NCBI GenBank assembly: GCA_020184695.1
Contig: JAANOX010000034.1
Coordinates: 186,001-250,000, forward strand
Length of the DNA: 64,000 bases
Direction of reading: 5' to 3'
Source of the DNA: Histomonas meleagridis 2922-C6/04-290x
Taxonomy: Eukaryota > Protista > Parabasalia
Shown here: one piece after another, positions 19,501 through 28,861 of the stretch
How the letters are laid out: each line of letters opens with the position of its first letter
How positions within the stretch are numbered: position 1 is the first letter of the stretch
Position numbers and translations under genes: made by a program
Notes under the pieces: model-generated
The model's input: the letters and a program-made list of their open reading frames with translations, nothing else
What the model was told of the DNA's origin: nothing
Databases searched by the model: none

Positions 19501-21050
19501 TCTTTAGTCTTTAAAATAGAATCAAAGAAATCGAAAATGAAATATTTTATATGATCAAAATCATAATCTTGAAATAGAATTAATAATTGATAAATTAATT
19601 GTATTATATCGGAATTCATAGGATTCTTTTGATTAGATAAATAAAAGAAAATTTCCGAATTAAAATCCGAATAATTACTATGTTTTAAGAATAATCTTCG
19701 TAATTCCCCAGTAAAATATTGATTATAAATCAATTTTATAATGAAATTACGGATTTGATATATTTCTAAATATTTATCATTAAAAATTGTAATTTTTGGA
19801 TTAAATATAAATGAATCAAAAAAATATTCAACAAAATCTAATAACTCAACTGAATATGGGAAATTAGAAGCCATATAAATAAATATATATAACATTTGTA
19901 AATAATATTCTTCTTTACAATTATTTAATACATCTATGAAGCCATCTTTTAATTTTTTATTATAATTGGAAGGAATTCTTAATAATAATTTAAGTCGTGT
20001 TAATAAATCACTTGGAATATCAGGAATTGAATTAACTTCATCGATATTATATAAAGTTTCTTTTTTAGGCTCATTATTATCATTAAAATTAAATATTAAT
20101 GAATCCAAAGAATTCTTTTTCTCTTCAAAATCAATTTTAATTTTATCTATCGAAATTGATCCGAAAAAAATTTCATTTTTTAAACAAAATGAATAAATAT
20201 TTGATGGTAAATTAGAAATGATTTTCTCCGAATATTTACTATGTTGTAATAACTTTAAAAAAATGGATAATGATAATACATCTAATTGTTCAATAAATGG
20301 TTCGATTTTCTTTAATATAATATCAATGTCATTTTTGGAAAAACAGATATCAGATGCATCAGGTTCTAATCCAGTACGTTCTTCAAGAATTTGTGATATA
20401 AAAATTAATAAATTTTGAGTGTCTTTAGACATTTGTTCTTCCTCGTTATATTGTGATGTGACCGATAACCAAAAAACCAAAGGAAATGAATTTTCTTCGC
20501 AGATTGGAAATTTTTGATAATAAAAAATATAAAGAGGATCCCATAAATAATTAAATTCGATGTGTTCATGCTTGGATATAACTTGAGGAAGAAGAAAACA
20601 AAACAATGATGATGATAAATGTAAAAAATTATGTTCTGAAATAAATGTTAATGATTTTAAAACTAAATCAAAATTAGTATAACTATCAGTTTTGTTATAT
20701 TCAATTACCCAAGAAATAGTAGAGTATAAGAAAAAAATATCAAGTGATTTTTTCTCTGATTTTGGAATTGTTGGATAAATTGTTAAAGATTCTTGAAGTA
20801 ACATGATGTTAAAAGGAAGTTTAAAACCAATAGACTCTATTCCTTCAAGAAAGATTTCAAATGATTTAGAATCTACATATACTTTCTGGATATCTTGTAA
20901 TGTTGGTTCTTTATAATTTTCAAAATATTTCGCTATTTTGTTTGTTACCGGAATTTTAGATGGATTGGGGACTTTTATTTGAAGAATGGAAATGAATAGC
21001 TCTTTTGGGTTAATGTTTATTCTCTCCATTTCCAAAAAGTGACAGCGCAT
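13503..21050 (-). CDS. Beige/BEACH domain protein with PH-like domain and C-terminal WD40 repeats
   Basis: 2515-aa ORF with BEACH motifs '[18 protein letters not shown]...YPIMPWVL', '[10 protein letters not shown]', '[10 protein letters not shown]' and '[23 protein letters not shown]', followed by WD-like repeats. The start may be the second Met. Confidence 0.92.
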   Translation of the reverse strand: [2515 protein letters not shown]

Positions 21051-21394
21051 GTTTCTATTGTTCTACGAGATTTCAATTGTTTACTTAAACCATAAGTAGT
21101 CAATTTGAAAAAATCACCATCTTAAGATATTTCTCAATGCCTTCCTTTAAATTTGGTAAAATGAAACTTCTTTAAATAAAAAAGTGCTTTAATTTTATTC
21201 GTTTTATTGAATTAGTGATCCTAAAAATTAATTAATTAATTTCATTACATCAATATTTTGATAATAGTATTTATTGACACATTGCTTCAATATTTGATAA
21301 GCATTCATAACATCATAGTTAAAGGGTAAAAAAATTGATTAAAATAAATTTATTAAAAACAAAAAAAATCAACCAATTCAGCTAAATATCGATT

Positions 21395-22190
21395 TGATTG
21401 TACAACAGCTGATGAAGAACAATCTTTTGTCCAAATTAATGTTTTTGCAGGTGAAAATCCAAATATAGGGTGTTCAAAAAGTCCTGACCCCCTACCCAAA
21501 AGAAAATTGACAGTGAAAAAATCATGCTGACAATGTTCTTCAATGGAAATTCCCTATTATGCATTGATTTTCTACCAAAAGGCAAAAAATATAATCAACG
21601 CTATTTCATCGATAATATTATTGAAGAAATAATTAAAAATACAAATGAGGATGAGGATCAATTGGACTTAGATCAAATGATGATTCATATGGACAATTGT
21701 AAAGTTCACAAAGGAAATTTAGTTCAACAAAAAAATTAAATCAAATAAAAGCTTAAATCCATTCCGCACCCACCTTATTCTCCTGACATCAGCCCATGCG
21801 ACTTTTTGGTTATTTGGTTATTTAAAAATATTTGGAAGATAAAGAGATAAAAATCGAAACATCAATTAAAAAAACTCAAATTTTAACGGCATGGGAACAC
21901 GTCAATTTTTGAAGAGCTTCAAAGCGTGTTCTTGGAATGGATCAAAAGATTGAAGTGGATAATAGAAAACAATGGAGAATACTATATCACATAAATAAAC
22001 AAGAATATCTAAAATTGTTTATTCATTGAGATAGGAGGGGGGGTCATGACTTTTTGAACACCCTATATTACGAACAACTTATTATAATGTACGCTACGTT
22101 TGGAATGTTTAATAAGACCACATCTGAAACTTAAAATTGATAGTAATGGAATATTAACTGTAACAGCAAAAGACGTGAACTCATGTCTTT
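21395..22190 (+). pseudogene. Hsp70 substrate-binding-domain-like remnant interrupted by a mariner insertion
   Basis: Removing 21466-22065 plus one TA copy gives 'DCTTADEEQSFVQINVFAGENPNITNNLL*CTLRLECLIRPHLKLKIDSNGILTVTAKD'. This resembles the Hsp70 T-x-x-D-x-Q...V-F-x-G-E and I-D-x-N-G-I-L-x-V-T-A-K-D motifs. It contains an in-frame stop. Confidence 0.6.
21466..22065 (+). mobile_element. Defective, internally deleted Tc1/mariner DNA transposon (600 bp) with terminal inverted repeats and TA target-site duplication
   Basis: The left TIR TAGGGTGTTCAAAAAGTCCTGACCCCC matches the reverse complement of the right end (one mismatch in about 27 nt). It is flanked by TA at 21464-65 and 22066-67. Frameshifted transposase C-terminal motifs 'IHMDNCKVH' and 'PHPPYSPDISPCDF' lie inside. 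Confidence 0.88.
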
Positions 22191-22550
22191 ACGCAGCTAC
22201 ATCTATCAAATTAAAGGTGTAATAAAAAATTACATTTCAAATTTGTTTTTATTTTATTTGATTCAGTAATACATCATTCATTAATTAGTTCAAAAGAAAT
22301 GCAATATGCATTGTAATTAAACATGGCTTCTATAATTGGAAAATATTCATTCCATAAGTCAAAAACATTTAATTCCTGATCTGAAATTCGTGAGTTTCTT
22401 CATCTCGAGAGTTTGGTCTGTTTCATAACATTTTTTTCAAGTTCTTCATCATAATGTACGATAAAATACAAATCTTCTAATATTTTGTAATATTTCATTC
22501 GCAACAATTACTCAATACAACAGAAATTAAATGCAAGGAATGTTTATTTC

Positions 22551-25181
22551 CTAAGCATAAAGATCACTAATTACTCTAGAAGGAGAATGTCCGCGGCGTA
22601 CACCGTTAATAATGACACCTGCCTTCTTTTGCATGTTGAATGCAACTCCGTACACAAGTTTATCTTCCTTGAAGTAAAGTGTAGAGAATTGCTTAGAAAC
22701 CGGGTCATTTTGTGTAAAAACATTATAACCCTCTGTTGAAGTTGGTTGCATTCCAACAGCCAAAACATCGACGTTGTTTGCCAACAGTGAAACAGGTTCG
22801 ATGCAGAACTCGAATTTCTTGTTATCACCAGTAGCATTAGCACCTGCGACTTTACCCATCTCCAAAGCGGGTGCCCAAAGTCCTTGGTTCATTTCATTTA
22901 AGAATGCGCAATCACCGGCAGCGTAAATGTTTGGTAAGTTAGTTTCCATCTTTTCGTTAACAGTAATACCACGTCCGCATGTAACACCTGCTTCCTTAGC
23001 AAGTTCAATGTTTGCTCTTGTACCAGCATTAATGATAACAATGTCAGCTGGCTCTTCAACGCCATTAATATTAACAGCTTTCAATTTACCATTCTCGGAA
23101 ACAATTGACGTCTTAGCTGAAAGTCTAAGATCAATTCCATATTCCTTAACACGTTCAGCAAGGAATAATGAAGCTGCTTCTGTAAGTAGACGTGGCATTA
23201 ATCGATCCATGATTTCAGTGACTGTTACATCTAAGCCAATGCTCTTAAGTGAATATGCATTTTCAAGACCTAATACACCACCACCAATTAATACAGCCTT
23301 CTTAGCTGTCTTACATTTCTCCTTAAGTTGTTCAGCAGAAGCAGCAGAACGAATGACAATGACTCCTTCAACTCCACTGCCACCAAGTGCTGGAGGAACA
23401 AATGGTGTTGCGCCAGTAGCAAAGATAAGTTTATCATATTCAAATTCACCATTACTAGTAATAACTTTCTTGGCTTTAGGATCAACTTTGGTCACTTCTG
23501 TCTTAAGATGAATGTCAATCTTGTTATCAGGTGCCCATCGTTCATTTCGTAAGTAGAACTCTTCATCATTTGGTTTACGTTCAAGTATATCGACAACAAT
23601 TGGTCTATAATATGGCATTCTATCTTCATTAGAAATAAGTGTAATTGTACCAACTTTGTTACGTGCACGGATTGCATCAGCTGAGGCAACAGCAGCTGCA
23701 CCAGTACCGATGATGACAAACTTTAATGGTTCTGTTGAAGTTTCTCCAACTTCTTCAGGTGTGTAAAGTTCAAATAATTCTTGTGGAGCTCCACATGCTG
23801 GACATGTTAATGGTGGTGCAACACCTGCATAAATTTCGCCACAAATAATGCAACGCCATAACACAACCTTTCCTTCTGGATTAAGTTCTTCCCAATTTGC
23901 AGCACCTACAACTCTTGGCTTAGGCTTCTCTGGTACTTCGTTGTTGAGGACACATTTTCCATAAAGCTTACCAAAGTCTTTGGCTTCTTGTTTTTCTTTA
24001 TCGGATAACCTTAACTTGATTCTGAAGCCATCAAGAACTTTACCACGAAGTTGATTCATTCTAGCAATGATGTTCTCAACACCTTCGCCTCCCCATCCAT
24101 ATGAACCAAAGGCTGAAAGGATTTTACCAACATGGACAACAGGACTCATTGAAAGTGCAATATCCCAAATTGGTGGAACTGCATCACCATTGATTGTGTT
24201 TGTACCAAGAAGAACACCATCTGCTGTAAGGATTTCTCCCATTATTTCGGCTTTAAGACCTGAATAGTTTTGAATGTTGACCATATATGACTTAAGATCT
24301 ACATCTGGGATCGATTCTTTAATGCCGGCCATGATTTGTTCGCCAACTTCAGTGGTATAACCATAAGCAGAAGCATAAACAACAACAATCTTCTTCTTTT
24401 CACCTTTGACTGGAAGTTGTGACCAATCCTTATATGTGTTGATGATTTCCCAGATGCGTGTATCAAGAACTGGACCATGTCCTTGACAGACAACTTTAAG
24501 TTCAAGGTCCTTGATCTTTTCATAAGCTTTAAGAACATATTCCTTGAATGGGCTAAAGATGGCTGTGTAGTAGTAAAGAAGGGCATCTTGATAACCTTCT
24601 TCTTCAGATTGTGGAAGCTTTGAAATTAAAATAGAATCAACCTTAGGGGAATAGTGGGCGCCAAATGAGTCACATGTGAATAAGATCTTGTCTTCTTTGA
24701 GATATGAATAGATTGAATCTGGCCAGTGAAGGAATGGAACGCTAATGAATTCGAACGTCTTTCCGCCAAGCTTAAGAGCAACAAGATCTTCTGCTGTTCT
24801 GTATTGGAATGGTTCATTGATGATATCTTTGAGATATGTAATGGCGGTCTTGGATCCAACAACAGTGACACCAGGGATCAATTCGGTTATCTTCTTGATA
24901 GAACCTGAGTGGTCTGGTTCTGTGTGGTTTGTGATCAGATATTTGATGTTATTGAGATCACCAACAATTGCCTTTAGTTTTTCAAGGTATGAGTCTAAGT
25001 ACACTTCTTTAACAGTTTCAACAAGAACTGCTCCTTCTGTGGTGTTTACAACATAAGCATTATATGTTGTGCCATATTTAGTTTCCATGACAATATCAAA
25101 CACCTTGAGGTCATCATCAAAGACTCCAACCCAGTAGATACCTTCAGCAATCTTTTCAGTTGTTGTTTGCTTTTGTTTCAT
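22551..25181 (-). CDS. Class F flavodiiron protein: metallo-beta-lactamase + flavodoxin + rubredoxin + NAD(P)H:rubredoxin oxidoreductase fusion (probable O2-reducing NADH oxidase)
   Basis: Diiron ligands NHTEPDHSGS, HWPD, CDSFG, GHG; flavodoxin motifs YASAYGYT and FGSYGWGGEG; rubredoxin CIICG...CPACG; FAD/NAD motifs IIGTGAAA, GGGVLGLE and IYAAGDCA. Inr-like TCACT at 25190-25186. Confidence 0.93.
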   Translation of the reverse strand: MKQKQTTTEKIAEGIYWVGVFDDDLKVFDIVMETKYGTTYNAYVVNTTEGAVLVETVKEVYLDSYLEKLKAIVGDLNNIKYLITNHTEPDHSGSIKKITELIPGVTVVGSKTAITYLKDIINEPFQYRTAEDLVALKLGGKTFEFISVPFLHWPDSIYSYLKEDKILFTCDSFGAHYSPKVDSILISKLPQSEEEGYQDALLYYYTAIFSPFKEYVLKAYEKIKDLELKVVCQGHGPVLDTRIWEIINTYKDWSQLPVKGEKKKIVVVYASAYGYTTEVGEQIMAGIKESIPDVDLKSYMVNIQNYSGLKAEIMGEILTADGVLLGTNTINGDAVPPIWDIALSMSPVVHVGKILSAFGSYGWGGEGVENIIARMNQLRGKVLDGFRIKLRLSDKEKQEAKDFGKLYGKCVLNNEVPEKPKPRVVGAANWEELNPEGKVVLWRCIICGEIYAGVAPPLTCPACGAPQELFELYTPEEVGETSTEPLKFVIIGTGAAAVASADAIRARNKVGTITLISNEDRMPYYRPIVVDILERKPNDEEFYLRNERWAPDNKIDIHLKTEVTKVDPKAKKVITSNGEFEYDKLIFATGATPFVPPALGGSGVEGVIVIRSAASAEQLKEKCKTAKKAVLIGGGVLGLENAYSLKSIGLDVTVTEIMDRLMPRLLTEAASLFLAERVKEYGIDLRLSAKTSIVSENGKLKAVNINGVEEPADIVIINAGTRANIELAKEAGVTCGRGITVNEKMETNLPNIYAAGDCAFLNEMNQGLWAPALEMGKVAGANATGDNKKFEFCIEPVSLLANNVDVLAVGMQPTSTEGYNVFTQNDPVSKQFSTLYFKEDKLVYGVAFNMQKKAGVIINGVRRGHSPSRVISDLYA

Positions 25182-25185
25182 AAAT

Positions 25186-25190
25186 AGTGA
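25186..25190 (-). promoter_or_regulatory. Trichomonad-type initiator (Inr) TCACT upstream of the flavodiiron gene
   Basis: TCACT-ATTT-ATG. Similar TCA(T/C)T motifs precede ATGs at 588, 26402, 30043 and 35350. Confidence 0.6.
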
Positions 25191-26401
25191 AGAGAATATT
25201 TGACAAAAATCGGATCGATTGAAAAATTGTGTAAACGTAATAAAAACACATTGTAATCATCAGAAAACAAATGAACTTTTTCTATTTGTTGTTTTGTGTC
25301 AAATAAATTTATTGTCGGTTATTAACGGCCATTTTATAAAATTTTTTCTCAGCGTTAAAATTTAAAGGGATGGACAGAACGTTCAGGAAATTTGTTTGAA
25401 TTTTCAGAGGTTCAATTTTCTGAACGTTTAAAAATATAAACTATACAAATACACTTCCGATAATGGATTTCTGAGGACGATCGTTCGCTCAGCCCGAAAC
25501 AACAAGGCGATCCGAAAATGAACCCATTGGTCACTACCCCCAATACATAAATTGTCCCCAATTCCACACAATGTTTCATGTTTCCTTACCTAAAATGTAC
25601 ATACGCTGAATTTGAAATTTTAATCTAGAACAAAAGATCTCTAAAAAATTGTTGTATTGATTCAACCACACGTAACCTCCTCAAAGAGAGCTTCCACTGA
25701 GTTTAAAAACTCAGTTACTGTTGAATAATCAAAAATTAGGATACCATGGATAATAAATTTCCTTGATATTTAATTAATAATTAATGCGATTGAAGTCCAA
25801 GAATTCCCAAATAAGTAAATTTTCACAGACGAATATGAATTTCCTATCCATAACTTTGAGTCCATCTTTGCCTCAGTTTATAATTGTTTACAAAAACGCG
25901 TCGATGCCAAATCAGTTGATTAGTATACGTCGAACCTTCTCGAGAATTTAATTTGAGCTTCCAATTATTTTACGAATGATTTTATTTGGCAGTTTTTTAT
26001 TTTTGTGTGATATTACAAACGGTCGCTAAATTGTCCTTCAAGTTATTCAAATAAAAATTAGAAGTTTACTCGAAATTTTGAGAATGAATATATTCAATTT
26101 CTATCAAAAATAGGGGGTTAGCTTCAAATAAAGCACAAAAAAGAAAAAAATTATTTTAACTTATATTGTTCTTTCACGTAAAAAATTTTCACGCACGCCT
26201 CTATTTAATGATTACCTCTTATGTTATTGATGTCCTAAGGATCCATTATCATTGATGATCTATTTTGCTATCTAAAATTAATACAAATTCTGAATTCATT
26301 CGTCATATATTCATCAAAAATGCCAACAACATTTTAAAAATGCCACGAAGCGTGCGACCAACAGAATATTTTTTCAAATCACTTTATTTATTTAGATAGA
26401 A

Positions 26402-28861
26402 ATGCTTGTTTCACCAAAGACTGGTTCGTCACAAAACCCTCCTCAAGCTAAGCATTCATCTAAGGCAGGTGATGTTGTTCTTGGTATATTAAGGAGCTTT
26501 TTCCCAAATAGCAACAAGAATACTTTCAAACCCATTGAACCGAATCTTACTGAAGGCTGTCTTAATGAAGACGAAATTAAAGTGATGAAAAAGCAATTTG
26601 ATGACTGTCACGTCAAGCAAATTTATCTTAAGCATATAGGCTTACCATCTATCATAAGACTACCAGTACAAGTAGCGGTAATGGAGAAAGGAAATCAGAA
26701 GCCAATATTTCTTATGGAGCAATTAAAGCGAGTGTTAGAAAGAGCAGGAACAAAGCCAATCATTTTCGTATCAGCGCTTGGTCGATATCAACAAGGGAAA
26801 AGCTCAACAATTGCAGGATTAACAGGTAACTTAACAACTAAAGTTGGTGATGGAGTTAAGGAACAAACAGATGGAGTATTCATTGATGGTCCTTATACAC
26901 TTGATCATTTCTATGAAAGATTTAGGTCAAGGAAAGATGGACGATATTTAATTAAGCCGAGAAACAACTTATCATTTAAACGTAATGATACTACAATTAT
27001 GGAACCAGTTATCTTCTTCTTTGATATCGAAGGATATGCAGGGTCGAAGAATGATTTAAAGTATGCGGAACAAATTAAAGCATTTCGAGATTTAGTTGTT
27101 CCATTTATGGCTCTTTCATCTGTTTATTTCATGATGGCTGATTCGAATCCAGCGATTGATGAAATCAAATGGATGATTGATGGTTTAAACATTTCATCAC
27201 TTACGAATTCCGATCCAAAAGGTAAAGGACATTTAGGTTTAATAGTTCCAGTTCGGAAAGTTGATGAACCAATTAAGAAGATTGGGTTTGATCCTGCTAA
27301 TACAAAAACATATGATAAATATAATGAATATCAAAATCAGAACTTTGCAGGGTCACAAGAAATTAAGGATATTGGTTTAAATATTACGTTTATTCCATTA
27401 TATCCACTCAATAATGAAAAACTTTATATTCGATCATTTAGATATTTTGCGGCGAAAATGATTCGAGCAATGGAAAATGCAGCTGAAAGTGAATTCATTC
27501 GAGATGCGAATTCAGCACTTGGATTATTTGATTATGTTGTGAAGAATTGTAATTCTCCTGATTTTGTTAATGGAATTCGGAAAGAAATTAATGATCAATA
27601 TAATAGTACTATATCTGAAATCACATGTAACTCAATATCTCCATATCTTCAAGAAGTGATTGAAAAGATAGATAATGAATTTAATGAAATAGAGAATTCT
27701 AATGTAAGTATTGAGACTATTAATAAGATGAAAATACAAGATAAATATTTATCACAATTACGTAAAATAATAAAGAAAATCCTTGGAAGTGCAGAGTTCT
27801 CTGAAGGAGCTTTAAGTGTTAAATCGAAATTCGATGATCAAATCCAAAAACATATTGATGAGAAATATCAAATACTTCTTGATAAAGATAATGAACGGAA
27901 AGCTAAAATCGAAAAAGATTTAATGAACATATTCTCTATTGAGAAAAATAATTATATAACAAATGCAAAAAAACTTTTCACAACTAATGAATCGAATTGG
28001 AATTTACAGAAATCGAATCAAGAAGAATTTGTGAATAAGTTCATCCAAAACATGATAAACAATTTCGGAAAGAATTATAAAGATGAAACACAAAAGAAAA
28101 TGTTTAATAACGTTTTAACAATGTACAAAAATGAAATTAAAGCTGACACAAAGATATTATTTATCGAAACACAACAATTTTATGAGAAAATTAAAAACCA
28201 AAGAATTCTCGCTGAAGAAGAAGAAAGATTACGCGAAATGAAGAAACAAGAAGAAATAAAGAAGATCAAATTATCCAAATTCCAAGAATCAATTCCAAAG
28301 ATAACTAAAGATTATCGCGATATATGGAAGAGCATTTTTGGTGATTTACAAGACAAGTTAAAGGATAAAGATTTTTATCTCTCTACTTATGAAAATGTAG
28401 ATGTAACATATAATGATACAATGAATAATGTGAAAGATGCTCTTAATCAAAAAGGTTTTACTGAAGATCAACAAAAATATGTAAATGGACTTTTGGAAGT
28501 TGACTCGGAAACATTTAAGAATCAAATCGATGAACTTTACCAAAAGGCTAAGAAAATGCACGGAAAAGTCATACACGAATCTGCTTCTTATCTCCAAGAA
28601 GGACATAAAAGTCACATCGTAATATACAGAAGAGAAGTGTTCGTGTGCGCAGACGGGAAAAAGGAATACGGTCAATGGGAGGCAATACGCGTGGAAAAGG
28701 TCGGATGGTTCCAAAGAAAGAAGTACACACATCCGCCATACGGATTCTTCAAACTCGAGTCTGAATCAAATAAAGTCGGAGATGTCGATGATGAAGACGT
28801 TGGTGTGTTTAATTCAGATGATGAAAATGACGATTCTTCAGATGATGAATACTCTTATTAA
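26402..28861 (+). CDS. Guanylate-binding protein/atlastin-like large P-loop GTPase with C-terminal coiled coil
   Basis: 819 aa with P-loop 'VSALGRYQQGKS', G2-like 'EQTDGVFI' and G3-like 'FFDIEG', followed by a long helical/coiled-coil region and an acidic tail. Inr-like TCACT at 26379-26383. Confidence 0.65.
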   Translation: MLVSPKTGSSQNPPQAKHSSKAGDVVLGILRSFFPNSNKNTFKPIEPNLTEGCLNEDEIKVMKKQFDDCHVKQIYLKHIGLPSIIRLPVQVAVMEKGNQKPIFLMEQLKRVLERAGTKPIIFVSALGRYQQGKSSTIAGLTGNLTTKVGDGVKEQTDGVFIDGPYTLDHFYERFRSRKDGRYLIKPRNNLSFKRNDTTIMEPVIFFFDIEGYAGSKNDLKYAEQIKAFRDLVVPFMALSSVYFMMADSNPAIDEIKWMIDGLNISSLTNSDPKGKGHLGLIVPVRKVDEPIKKIGFDPANTKTYDKYNEYQNQNFAGSQEIKDIGLNITFIPLYPLNNEKLYIRSFRYFAAKMIRAMENAAESEFIRDANSALGLFDYVVKNCNSPDFVNGIRKEINDQYNSTISEITCNSISPYLQEVIEKIDNEFNEIENSNVSIETINKMKIQDKYLSQLRKIIKKILGSAEFSEGALSVKSKFDDQIQKHIDEKYQILLDKDNERKAKIEKDLMNIFSIEKNNYITNAKKLFTTNESNWNLQKSNQEEFVNKFIQNMINNFGKNYKDETQKKMFNNVLTMYKNEIKADTKILFIETQQFYEKIKNQRILAEEEERLREMKKQEEIKKIKLSKFQESIPKITKDYRDIWKSIFGDLQDKLKDKDFYLSTYENVDVTYNDTMNNVKDALNQKGFTEDQQKYVNGLLEVDSETFKNQIDELYQKAKKMHGKVIHESASYLQEGHKSHIVIYRREVFVCADGKKEYGQWEAIRVEKVGWFQRKKYTHPPYGFFKLESESNKVGDVDDEDVGVFNSDDENDDSSDDEYSY

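Noticed and set aside
22571-25056. Numerous 60-194 aa ORFs overlapping the flavodiiron gene, and similar shadows inside the dynein, BEACH and 61244-62155 ORFs
   Set aside because: These are antisense or alternative-frame shadows of real genes with no recognisable motifs.
25440-26000. Moderately GC-richer intergenic tract that looks like decayed coding sequence
   Set aside because: It has stops in all frames and no identifiable family by eye.
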